From: Clostridia bacterium
Lineage (GTDB): Bacteria > Bacillota > Clostridia > JAAYHZ01
NCBI GenBank assembly: GCA_050950825.1
Contig: JBMNIH010000004.1
Span: forward strand, 64,001-128,000
Length of the DNA: 64,000 nucleotides
Direction of reading: 5' to 3'
Below, piece by piece: positions 20,408 to 29,340 of this stretch. Position 1 is the stretch's first letter; each line of letters opens with the position of its first letter. A program made the translations under genes and the position numbers. The notes under the pieces were generated by a model. That model was not told where the DNA came from, did not search any database, and worked only from the letters and a program-made list of their open reading frames with translations.

Positions 20408-20455
20408 AAACCTCCGGGATGGTATACAATAAGGGTATCGAACCGGAGGTTTTTT
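20408..20455 (+). terminator. Terminator-like hairpin after the giant gene
   Basis: aaacctccgg/ccggaggttt stem then a T run. Confidence 0.6.
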
Positions 20456-21341
20456 GTTTATGGATGACGGAAGGAAAATAAAAAAGAAAGATATCGCAAA
20501 GGAGAATATAAAAAGAAACATAGGACGATTCAAGTGCCCCGTATGCGGCGGCCCCATGCATCTAAAGGAATACGGCTTATCCTGCAGCCTAAAGCACAGC
20601 TTCGATATTTCCAAGAACGGATATATCAATTTGTTGACATCCTCCAAAAGACCCGTTTATCCGAAGGAATTGTTTGAAGCAAGACACAGGGTTTTAAGCC
20701 GAGGCCTTTTTGATCCTCTCATCGATACGCTTTTTTTCGTTCTGGAAAAATATATAGACAAAAGAAACGATGCGTTTGTGCTGGATGCCGGATGCGGAGA
20801 AGGGTCCCATCTTCATGCTCTATACCGTAAGACCGATGAAAAGAGCAAAATTACCTTCATCGGTGCCGACATATCCAAAGAGGCCATTCATTTGGCGGCG
20901 GCCTCCGCCGGCAATATCCTATGGACCGTTGCCGATCTGACAAGGCTTCCTTTTACGGATGAAAGCATCGATATTCTTTTTAACATTTTGTCACCCGCCA
21001 ATTATCCGGAATTCGAAAGAATCTTGTCCGAGGACGGCATCGTGATCAAGGTGATTCCGAATCCGCAATATTTAAAGGAATTAAGAGAAGCCCTGTATAA
21101 TCAAAATCGCTACTCCGGTGACAGAGTAGCGGAATATTTTTCGAATCATTTAAAGGTGATCGAAAATCGGGATATCCGTTATCAATTTAAAGTCGATGAG
21201 GACCTTTTGCCGGATTTCATCCGAATGACACCCTTGACATGGGGGACCAAGGTCGACGAAAAACTCGATCCGAAAGATATCCGAATCAAGGAAATCACCG
21301 TCGATTTGTCCGTTCTTGTGGGACGAAAAGGAAAACGATAA
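20454..21341 (+). CDS. RlmA-like SAM-dependent rRNA (guanine-N1) methyltransferase
   Basis: Zn-finger CPVC..C..HSFD...GY.NL, LDAGCGEG, GADISK. Start could be TTG 20454 or ATG 20460. Confidence 0.85.
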   Translation: MFMDDGRKIKKKDIAKENIKRNIGRFKCPVCGGPMHLKEYGLSCSLKHSFDISKNGYINLLTSSKRPVYPKELFEARHRVLSRGLFDPLIDTLFFVLEKYIDKRNDAFVLDAGCGEGSHLHALYRKTDEKSKITFIGADISKEAIHLAAASAGNILWTVADLTRLPFTDESIDILFNILSPANYPEFERILSEDGIVIKVIPNPQYLKELREALYNQNRYSGDRVAEYFSNHLKVIENRDIRYQFKVDEDLLPDFIRMTPLTWGTKVDEKLDPKDIRIKEITVDLSVLVGRKGKR

Positions 21342-21352
21342 ATTTTTGCCGC

Positions 21353-22279
21353 CTATGCAAGGAGAGATTCCATGATTTCAACCGCTTTTTGCTCGTTTTC
21401 GTATGCGGAAGAAAGCAAAGAAGCGATTTTTTCCCTTATCTCGGGAAGGGCTGCATTTTCCCCGGTCTTTAACCGAAAGGCTTCCGTCCAAGCATAAAAC
21501 ACGGCCTTGTATATATCCGCAAGCTTTGCCAAACCCGTCTTTTCAAAGTACCTGTAGGCATACTCCTTTAATGCGGCGTATGTGCCGAGGTAATATTCTC
21601 CGTTCCAAGATGCGGCATGGTCGGGTTTTTCGGAAAATATCTTGATTAAAACAGGGTACGCATAAAGCCCTTTGGCATTTTCGCACCATTCTTTTCCCGT
21701 TAAGTGACAGACCGCAATTTTTAAAGTGTCCTTTAATATCGCTTCCTCCGATTTATCGGAAGCACCCTTGACGGTTAAGACCGAAAGAATCGGCAATTCG
21801 CCTTTTCCCAAGGCCTCGTATGCCATTTGGCCGTATTGAGAGGAGGTTACGGGTAACGTGGCAAGGATCTTTGCTTCGTCGTCATAGCCCGTGATAAGCC
21901 CCCATTCCGGGACGCCGACATTCCATGATACGGCGGGTATGCCTCTGTCTATGGAAGATTTGATTATTTCCAAAGCTTGAAGCCGTCTTTCTTCTTCGAT
22001 GAAGTCCTGCCCCCAATAGCGTCCCGTATAATCGCAAAGAATTCCGCCGCTTTCCACCCAAGGTTTTTGCATTTCAAAGTCCCATATGCTTGTAGCCGAA
22101 GGGCATAAATCGGCATTGACCCACATACGGAAGGCAAAGCCGGATGTTGCAACGATGTCCTCGGCCTTCTCGGAATACGGGCTGTTTTTTACCGCCGCAC
22201 ACAGCGACTTCGCGAAAGAAAACAAATAGCCGGTAGAGTCTTTTACGGGTCCCCAAGATATGTTCAGCTGCTTTTTCAC
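21353..22279 (-). CDS. Hypothetical protein, possibly a degenerate papain/C39-like (BtrH-like) fold
   Basis: 308-aa ORF with motifs SGFAFR..CP and IDRGIPAV..EWGLITGYDD. Confidence 0.65.
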   Translation of the reverse strand: MKKQLNISWGPVKDSTGYLFSFAKSLCAAVKNSPYSEKAEDIVATSGFAFRMWVNADLCPSATSIWDFEMQKPWVESGGILCDYTGRYWGQDFIEEERRLQALEIIKSSIDRGIPAVSWNVGVPEWGLITGYDDEAKILATLPVTSSQYGQMAYEALGKGELPILSVLTVKGASDKSEEAILKDTLKIAVCHLTGKEWCENAKGLYAYPVLIKIFSEKPDHAASWNGEYYLGTYAALKEYAYRYFEKTGLAKLADIYKAVFYAWTEAFRLKTGENAALPEIREKIASLLSSAYENEQKAVEIMESLLA

Positions 22280-22370
22280 GTTCGTTCCCTCGATACCGAA
22301 AATATTTTCTACAGAATACCATACATCGTAATCTCAGGCAATTTTATATCCGAAAAATCCGAAAAGCTTC

Positions 22371-22431
22371 TTGACATATAGGTCTATAGCATGTAGACTT
22401 AATACGAGAGGTCGATAAGGTATAGACTTAA
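22371..22431 (+). promoter_or_regulatory. SigA promoter with two BlaI-type operator repeats
   Basis: TTGACA-17-TAGACT. Boxes aggtctatagcatgtagacttaa (22380-22402) and aggtcgataaggtatagacttaa (22409-22431); dyad GTCTA-N7-TAGAC, one mismatch in the second box. Confidence 0.75.
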
Positions 22432-22439
22432 AAAGGAGG

Positions 22440-22811
22440 TTGCAAATCCGGGATATGCTTACGGAAAGCGAAATGAAATTTGCGGAATTGATATGGGAGC
22501 ACGAGCCCGTTGCATCCGGCGATCTGGTGAGGCTGTGCGAAAAGAAAATGCAATGGAAAAAGTCCACCACCTACACCATGTTAAAAAAATTGTGCGACAA
22601 AGGGATTTTTCAAAATAGAGACGCGGTTGTTTCCTCCCTTATGACGAAGGAAGAGTATATTGCCAAGCAAAGCATCCGTTTTGTGGAGGATACCTTCGGA
22701 GGCTCGTTGCCCATGTTTTTGACGGCTTTTATGAGCTCCAAAAAGCTTAATCGACGACAAGCGGAGGAGCTGAAAAAATTAATTGACGAGTATAAGGAGG
22801 ATGAGATATGA
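22440..22811 (+). CDS. BlaI/MecI/CopY family repressor
   Basis: LTESE..IW....W.KSTTYTML.KL..KG; FGGSL..F. Confidence 0.95.
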   Translation: MQIRDMLTESEMKFAELIWEHEPVASGDLVRLCEKKMQWKKSTTYTMLKKLCDKGIFQNRDAVVSSLMTKEEYIAKQSIRFVEDTFGGSLPMFLTAFMSSKKLNRRQAEELKKLIDEYKEDEI

Positions 22812-24439
22812 GCGAGCTTTTTCTTACGGTTTTGAATATGAGCATAACGGCAAGCTATGTCATTCTTGTCGTGCTTTTGGCAAGGCTTTTTTTAAAAAAA
22901 GCTCCGAAGGTCGTATCCTATGCTTTATGGAGCGCCGCCGCCTTTCGGCTGTTAATTCCTTTCTCCTTGGAAAGCGTATTCAGCCTTTTTCCTTGGAATA
23001 CAAAAAGAAGCCCCCTCATACCGGCGGATATCGTCTATCAACAAGAGCCGAAAATTCAAAGCGGTATTGAGGATTTGGATACCTTTGTGAATCGTGTTCT
23101 TCCGAAGCCTTCGGCAGCGGCAAGCGCCAATCCCCTTCAAATTGCCGCGGAAATCGGAGCCTTTATATGGATCCTCGGAAGCCTTTTGCTCCTTACATAC
23201 GTCATCGTATCCTCCTTGCTTCTTAAAAATAAGCTGAAACATGCATATGGAGTCGGCGAGAACTGCTACGAGGCTCCGAGCCTAAAAACTCCTTTTGTTT
23301 TCGGTATCTTCAAACCGAAAATTTACTTGCCAAAGGGATTGGTTGTGAAGGAAAGAAGGTATATTCTCCTTCATGAAAATATCCATATTCGAAGAAAAGA
23401 CCACATCATTAAGCCGTTCGCCTTTTTGATCGTATGCATCCATTGGTTTAATCCTTTTGTATGGATCGGATTTTTCTTCATGTGCCGGGATATGGAGCTT
23501 TCCTGCGATGAAAAGGTGTTGAAAATAGAGGGCGGACAAATTAAAAAGCCCTATGCAACAACGTTGATGTCTCTGGCCACAGGTAGGTATATTCGAATCG
23601 GCAGTCCTCTTTCTTTCAGCGAGGGGAACATTAAGGGGAGGATTAAAAACGTGTTGGGATATAAGCCGTTAAAGGGCATAGGGGCCGTTGCCGCAGCGGT
23701 TTTGGCTTTGGCTCTTGTGATCGGACTGATACTCAATCCCAAAGGCAAGGCCGATTCTTTAAGGTGGGCAAAATCGTTGAAGACGGAGGATATAAAAAGC
23801 ATCGAATTGATCGTACACCCTTCTTCCGCATCGGATCGATACAAAAGGTTCGAGCCTTGGGAATACGAAAAGATCGTCCAACGGATTAACCGAAGCCACG
23901 GCAGGCTTGTGGAAAATCCCCAAAGCACGGCAGGAGGAGAAATGACCCTTTATATCACAACCAAAGACGGCGAGGTTCATTATGTGGCCAATCGAGCCAA
24001 TACCTATTTGATAATCGATGGCGATGCGTACAAAGCCGATTATCATTGGCTGAGCGAATGGGATTATAAAGGAATCCGGTCGGTGCCGGACGACTTTTAC
24101 AGCCGAACCGATCCCGTGATTTTGTACGAGGTCTTCTACCTTGAAAAGGGGAAGGTCAAAACCTCGGTATCGTTAGAAGACGAAGCCCGAATCCGGCTTG
24201 CCAAGGACATTCTCATGGACTATATGATCAAATCCTCCTTCCGTCCGAATGTGAATGTAAGCGAATTGGAGGAGTACTATCTTTTGGTTTTTAACTATAG
24301 GGACGGCACGGCTTCCGAATACTATCTGTTTTTACAAGACGGAAACGCCTGTCTTCAACGAGGCAAGGAGGGAACCTCCAATTATATAAAAAACGAGCTA
24401 TATAATAGCCTTGCGGAATTCGTGAATAAACAACAGTGA
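22808..24439 (+). CDS. BlaR1/MecR1-like M56 metallopeptidase sensor with an unrecognised extracellular domain
   Basis: LHENIHIRRKDH (HExxH), HWFNP, ELSCDE, IKGRIK; ATGA overlap with blaI. Confidence 0.9.
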   Translation: MSELFLTVLNMSITASYVILVVLLARLFLKKAPKVVSYALWSAAAFRLLIPFSLESVFSLFPWNTKRSPLIPADIVYQQEPKIQSGIEDLDTFVNRVLPKPSAAASANPLQIAAEIGAFIWILGSLLLLTYVIVSSLLLKNKLKHAYGVGENCYEAPSLKTPFVFGIFKPKIYLPKGLVVKERRYILLHENIHIRRKDHIIKPFAFLIVCIHWFNPFVWIGFFFMCRDMELSCDEKVLKIEGGQIKKPYATTLMSLATGRYIRIGSPLSFSEGNIKGRIKNVLGYKPLKGIGAVAAAVLALALVIGLILNPKGKADSLRWAKSLKTEDIKSIELIVHPSSASDRYKRFEPWEYEKIVQRINRSHGRLVENPQSTAGGEMTLYITTKDGEVHYVANRANTYLIIDGDAYKADYHWLSEWDYKGIRSVPDDFYSRTDPVILYEVFYLEKGKVKTSVSLEDEARIRLAKDILMDYMIKSSFRPNVNVSELEEYYLLVFNYRDGTASEYYLFLQDGNACLQRGKEGTSNYIKNELYNSLAEFVNKQQ

Positions 24440-24458
24440 AAATGAAGACGATAGGAAC

Positions 24459-25337
24459 GTGAAAGGAAAGCATGCATTGAAAACATTGGCGATTTTTGAT
24501 GATCAAAATTACGACTTGAATTGGGAAAGATACGAACGTATCGCCGTAAGAGCGATTGTAATAAAAGGCAGCCGGATCGCTCTTGTAAAAAATATAAAAG
24601 AAGGCTATTACAAGTTTCCGGGAGGCGGGGTAGAAGACAAGGAGTCCTTTTTAGAAGCATTGGCAAGAGAGACCCAAGAAGAAATCGGGTTAAAAATCAT
24701 CCCGGATTCCGTAAAAGAATACGGGATGATTCACGAGATTCGAAAATCTCTGCATACGCATTCCGAAATCTTTCACCAAAAATCCTATTACTACACCGCA
24801 TCCGTTGAAGAGGATGAGTTTTCGAGATCCTTTCAAAGTCGTGAAATCGAATCCGGTACCGCGATCGAATGGCCGAATATTCTCGATGCCTAAGAAACCG
24901 ATTGGAGACTTGGACAAACCTTTGAAAGCAAATTTTTACTCCGGGAAGCTTATGTACTCCGAATGCTTTTGTACGATAGGAAAATACCCGTATCCCACAC
25001 CATGAAATTGGCTCCCGAACCGTTTGAAAAAATGAAGGAAGGAACCAAGACCATCGAGCTTCGGCTAAACGATATGAAACGGAAAACGGTTATGACGGGA
25101 GATACCGTAACCTTCGTGAATGCAAAGGATCCTTCGAAGACCTTCGCCGCAACCGTTTTACGCCTTCACGCTTTTCCTTCCTTCCGGGAGCTGTACCGGG
25201 CTTTGCCCCTAGAAAAATGCGGTTATTCAAATGAAGAGCTTATTACCGCGAAACCGGAGGATATGGATGCTTACTATTCGAAAGAAGATCAGCTTCGCTT
25301 CGGGGTGTTGGGAATCGAAATTAAAAAAGCGGAATAG
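24459..25337 (+). pseudogene. NUDIX hydrolase-ASCH domain fusion interrupted by a single in-frame TAA (24891-24893); may be expressed as two ORFs, 24459-24893 and ~25002-25337
   Basis: Nudix box GGGVEDKESFLEALARETQEEIG. The same frame continues after TAA (ETDWRLGQTFESKFLLREAYVLRMLL..) into ASCH MKL..EPFEKMKEGTKTIELRLND. Confidence 0.7.
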
Positions 25338-25428
25338 AAGCTATCGTTTTTTTCTTTTTGCTCTTTTTCGAAAACATGTTATGATATAACGGATATAATT
25401 ACGGCATAGTTGTAAGGAGACCTCATGC

Positions 25429-27171
25429 GTGTTTAAGCTTATTAAATACTTAAAAGGCTATATCAAAGAGAGCATCATCGGACCCTTGTTTAAATTTCTT
25501 GAAGCTTGCTTCGAATTGATCGTTCCTTTGGTGATGGCGAGTATTATCGATATCGGTATTGCGAACAACGATACGTCCTTTATCTTAAAAAGAGGGGCCT
25601 TCATGGTCCTATTAGGCTTTTTGGGATTGGTGTGTTCCCTTACCGCCCAATATTTTGCCGCCAAAGCGGCCTTGGGCTTCGGAACCGCCCTTCGAAACGA
25701 AATGTTTTCCCATATCCACAGCCTTTCTTATTCCGATATTGATAAAATCGGAACCTCCACCTTGATTACGAGAATCACAAGCGATATCAATCATGCGGAG
25801 TCGGGGGTCAACTTGATTTTGCGACTCTTTTTGCGTTCCCCCTTCATCGTTATCGGAGCCATTGTAATGGCCTTTTATATCCATGCAAAATTAACCCTGA
25901 TTTTCCTCGCGGTGACCCTCCTCATATCCGCCGTGATATACGTTATCATGACCAAGTCCATCCCCTTATACAAAGGCATCCAAAGCAAGCTGGATACGGT
26001 CTCCCTCATCACCCGTGAGAACTTGACGGGAGTTCGGGTTATCCGCGCTTTTTCCAGACAGAAGGACGAGATCGAACGCTTTGAGGATACGACCTGCGAA
26101 TTGACGAAGAATCAAATTCGGGTAGGGAACATATCCGCTTCCTTGAATCCCTTGACCTATGCCATATTGAATTTGGGGATTGTTGCGGTATTGCGGTTCG
26201 GAGGAATCGCCGTCGATATCGGTGACATAACCCAAGGGGAGCTCATCGCCCTTATCAACTACATGTCCCAGATCCTTTTGGCCCTTATTGCCCTTGCAAA
26301 CCTGATCGTCACCATTTCCAGAGCCTCCGCTTCCGCCATCCGAATCAACGAAGTGTTTTCACTGAAGCCCTCCATGACGGAAAAAAGCGTAAGCGATGTA
26401 AAAGAAGCATCCTCGGATCCCGATACTCCGAAGGTGGAGTTTCGAAACGTATCCTTTTCATACAACGGAACGGAAGCCTCTTTGTCGAATGTTTCCTTCC
26501 AAGCCCGAAAAGGAGAAACCGTAGGCATCATCGGAGGTACCGGCTCCGGTAAAACCACCTTGGTAAATTTGATTCCGCGTTTTTACGATGCTTCGGAGGG
26601 AGAGGTTCTCATCGACGGTAAAAACGTGACGGAATATCCTTTCTCCGAGCTTCGAAAAAAAGTCTCCGTCGTGCCTCAAAAAGCCGTCCTGTTTCGAGGA
26701 ACCGTACGGGAGAACATGAAATGGGGCAAAAGGGACGCTACCGACGAAGAGATTTATAAGGCGTTGGAAATCGCCCAAGCGAAAGATTTTGTGAACGATT
26801 TGCAAGGCGGCTTGGACGCTATGATCATGCAAGGCGGGAAGAACCTATCGGGAGGCCAAAGACAGCGGCTGACCATCGCAAGGGCGCTTACGGTGCAGCC
26901 GGAAATATTGATTCTGGACGACAGCGCCTCCGCCCTTGATTTTGCCACCGATGCAAGGCTTCGAAGGGCTCTTTCCACCCGGACAAAGGGCATGACGGTA
27001 TTTATTGTTTCCCAACGAGCCTCCGCCATAAAAAACGCGGATAAGATTTTGGTTTTGGACAACGGAAAACCGGTAGGTATCGGAAGGCACGAGGAGCTCC
27101 TTCGTTCCTGCCCTGTATACAGAGAAATTTGCTTGTCCCAGCTTTCGGAAGACGAGGTGAGCAAAGCATGA
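25429..27171 (+). CDS. ABC exporter ATP-binding/permease (degenerate-site subunit of a heterodimer)
   Basis: 6 TM, GGTGSGKT, LSGGQ, ILDDSASALD (E to D), VSQR (H to Q). Confidence 0.95.
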   Translation: MFKLIKYLKGYIKESIIGPLFKFLEACFELIVPLVMASIIDIGIANNDTSFILKRGAFMVLLGFLGLVCSLTAQYFAAKAALGFGTALRNEMFSHIHSLSYSDIDKIGTSTLITRITSDINHAESGVNLILRLFLRSPFIVIGAIVMAFYIHAKLTLIFLAVTLLISAVIYVIMTKSIPLYKGIQSKLDTVSLITRENLTGVRVIRAFSRQKDEIERFEDTTCELTKNQIRVGNISASLNPLTYAILNLGIVAVLRFGGIAVDIGDITQGELIALINYMSQILLALIALANLIVTISRASASAIRINEVFSLKPSMTEKSVSDVKEASSDPDTPKVEFRNVSFSYNGTEASLSNVSFQARKGETVGIIGGTGSGKTTLVNLIPRFYDASEGEVLIDGKNVTEYPFSELRKKVSVVPQKAVLFRGTVRENMKWGKRDATDEEIYKALEIAQAKDFVNDLQGGLDAMIMQGGKNLSGGQRQRLTIARALTVQPEILILDDSASALDFATDARLRRALSTRTKGMTVFIVSQRASAIKNADKILVLDNGKPVGIGRHEELLRSCPVYREICLSQLSEDEVSKA

Positions 27172-28907
27172 AAAAGGACAACGACAAAGTGTTAAAAAGA
27201 ATCTTAAAATATACAAAGCCCTACGGGCACTTGCTCCTATTCGCCCTTCTTTTTACGATTGCGAGCGTTTCCATGACCCTTTATGCACCGGTTTTGGTGG
27301 GAAAGGGCGTGGACCTCATTGTGTCCGAAGGAAACGTGGATTTCGAAGGGCTTTATCCTCTTTTGATCCGATTGGGTATCGTGATTGCTCTCGCCTCGTT
27401 ATCAAGATGGCTTGCGGAGCGATGCACAAACAAGGTTTCCCATAATACCGCGCGGGACATTCGAATCCAAGCCTTCAAGCGCTTGCACATCCTGCCCTTA
27501 AAATACATTGATTCCGGTCGGCACGGTGACTTTTTAAGCCGGGTCATTACGGACGTCAATCAGGTTTCCGACGGCCTTTTAATGGGCTTCAGCCAGCTAT
27601 TCAACGGAATCATAACCATTATCGGCACCATCGTCTTTATGCTTTCCATGGACTTTCGGATAACGGTCATTGTGGTTTTGGTTACGCCTTTGTCCTTGTT
27701 TGTGGCGAATTTCGTAGCCAAAAACACCTACCATATGTTTAAGCTCCGGTCGGAGACAATGGGAGAGCTGACTTCATTGGTAGAAGAAATGACGGGCAAC
27801 CTGAAGACGGTGAAAGCCTTCGGATACGAAAAAGAAGCCCAAAAGCGGTTTGAAGAGATCAATTCCCGCCTGCGAAAGCACGGACTACGAGCCGTCTTCT
27901 TTTCTTCCATCACCAACCCCTGTACCCGCTTTGTCAACGGCGTCGTATACACCTCCGTAGGGATTGCCGGTGCGCTTTTGGCTATTAAGGGAGCCATCTC
28001 CGTAGGACAGCTTTCCGCCTTTTTAAACTATGCCAATCAGTATACGAAGCCCTTTAACGAAATATCCGGCGTCATTGCCGAGCTGCAAAGCGCTTTCGCC
28101 TCCGCCAAAAGAGTCTTTGATATTATCGACGAAGAACCCCAAACGCCGGATCCGGAGGATGCCGTTTGCTTGGACCGGCCGGACGGCAGCGTCGTTATCA
28201 AGGATGTGTCGTTTTCCTATCGCCCGGATATCAAGCTTATCGAAAATTTAAATCTGACGGTAAAGCCGGGCCAAAGGATTGCCATTGTCGGTCCTACCGG
28301 AAGCGGCAAAACAACCGTTATCAACCTGCTAATGCGGTTTTATGACGTAGATAAAGGTGAAATCATTGTCAGCGGATATCCCGTTAAAAAGATCAAAAGG
28401 GACAGCTTACGTTCGGCATACGGAATGGTCTTGCAGGATACTTGGCTTAAGACCGGCACCGTAAGAGAAAACATTGCGTACGGAAAGCCCGACGCAACGG
28501 ATGAAGAAATTGAAAACGCGGCAAAAGCGGCTCGTGCCGACAGCTTCATTCGGCGTCTGCCGAAAGGATACGATACTCTTGTATCCGATAACGATAAAAT
28601 CTCCGAAGGAGAAAAGCAGCTGCTTTCCATTGCGAGGGTCATGCTTACCTCGCCGCCTATGCTGATACTCGACGAAGCCACCTCCTCCGTCGACACAAGA
28701 ACGGAGATCAACATCCAAAAAGCCTTTGACAAAATGATGGAAGGCCGTACGAGCTTTGTGGTCGCCCATAGGCTTTCCACAATACGCGAGGCGGACTGCA
28801 TTTTGGTTATGAACAAAGGAAAAATCGTGGAGCAGGGGACCCACGAGGAGCTGTTGAAAAAAGAAGGCTTCTATGCAAACCTTTATTACAGCCAATTTGA
28901 TATTTGA
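27168..28907 (+). CDS. ABC exporter ATP-binding/permease (consensus subunit of a heterodimer)
   Basis: GPTGSGKT, ISEGEKQ, LDEATS, AHRL; ATG 27168 overlaps the previous stop (ATGA). Confidence 0.95.
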   Translation: MKKDNDKVLKRILKYTKPYGHLLLFALLFTIASVSMTLYAPVLVGKGVDLIVSEGNVDFEGLYPLLIRLGIVIALASLSRWLAERCTNKVSHNTARDIRIQAFKRLHILPLKYIDSGRHGDFLSRVITDVNQVSDGLLMGFSQLFNGIITIIGTIVFMLSMDFRITVIVVLVTPLSLFVANFVAKNTYHMFKLRSETMGELTSLVEEMTGNLKTVKAFGYEKEAQKRFEEINSRLRKHGLRAVFFSSITNPCTRFVNGVVYTSVGIAGALLAIKGAISVGQLSAFLNYANQYTKPFNEISGVIAELQSAFASAKRVFDIIDEEPQTPDPEDAVCLDRPDGSVVIKDVSFSYRPDIKLIENLNLTVKPGQRIAIVGPTGSGKTTVINLLMRFYDVDKGEIIVSGYPVKKIKRDSLRSAYGMVLQDTWLKTGTVRENIAYGKPDATDEEIENAAKAARADSFIRRLPKGYDTLVSDNDKISEGEKQLLSIARVMLTSPPMLILDEATSSVDTRTEINIQKAFDKMMEGRTSFVVAHRLSTIREADCILVMNKGKIVEQGTHEELLKKEGFYANLYYSQFDI

Positions 28908-29103
28908 AAAAAATCGTAGGAGAATCATATTTTGCAAGAAATTCGCTCTCAAGGCGGATTTTTTTGTTATCATATTCGATAGTATTTTCACAGGGAAGTT
29001 CGGATTGAATATTATGTTTTTAGATTCTAAAAATAGATTAACTATATTTTTAGAATCATTTCGAAAATAGTAATAAATTAACCGAAAGTTTACTTGCCAT
29101 ACA

Positions 29104-29132
29104 TTGACTATACTCGTAATCAATAATATAAT
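29104..29132 (+). promoter_or_regulatory. SigA promoter of the kinase-phosphodiesterase operon
   Basis: TTGACT-17-TATAAT. Confidence 0.75.
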
Positions 29133-29340
29133 GAAGCCACAAGGATACTTAATCATGTTGAAACTCTGTTCTACATTGTATGCGGAAAGAGTTTTTTAGG
29201 AGGGCCTTTCCGCTGTTCATCCGAAGGGGGTTGGTGTAACTACTCTGCAAAAGGTTTACGAATAAACAGATAACGAGTCGTTCCGGATTGGAAAGATAAC
29301 ATTGGCGCATCGTATTGACGATGAACAGGTGGGGAAAAAG

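Noticed and set aside
24891-24893. Selenocysteine or pyrrolysine recoding at the internal stop
   Set aside because: The codon is TAA, not TGA or TAG.
25429-28907. Degenerate Walker B/H-switch in the first ABC subunit as a sign of inactivation
   Set aside because: Normal asymmetry of heterodimeric (TM287/288-type) exporters.
29195-29250. c-di-GMP-II riboswitch (GGGC...GGTGTAAC resemblance)
   Set aside because: Lacks the GGGCAC/GTGC pseudoknot pairing and kink-turn; kept only as an unclassified leader.
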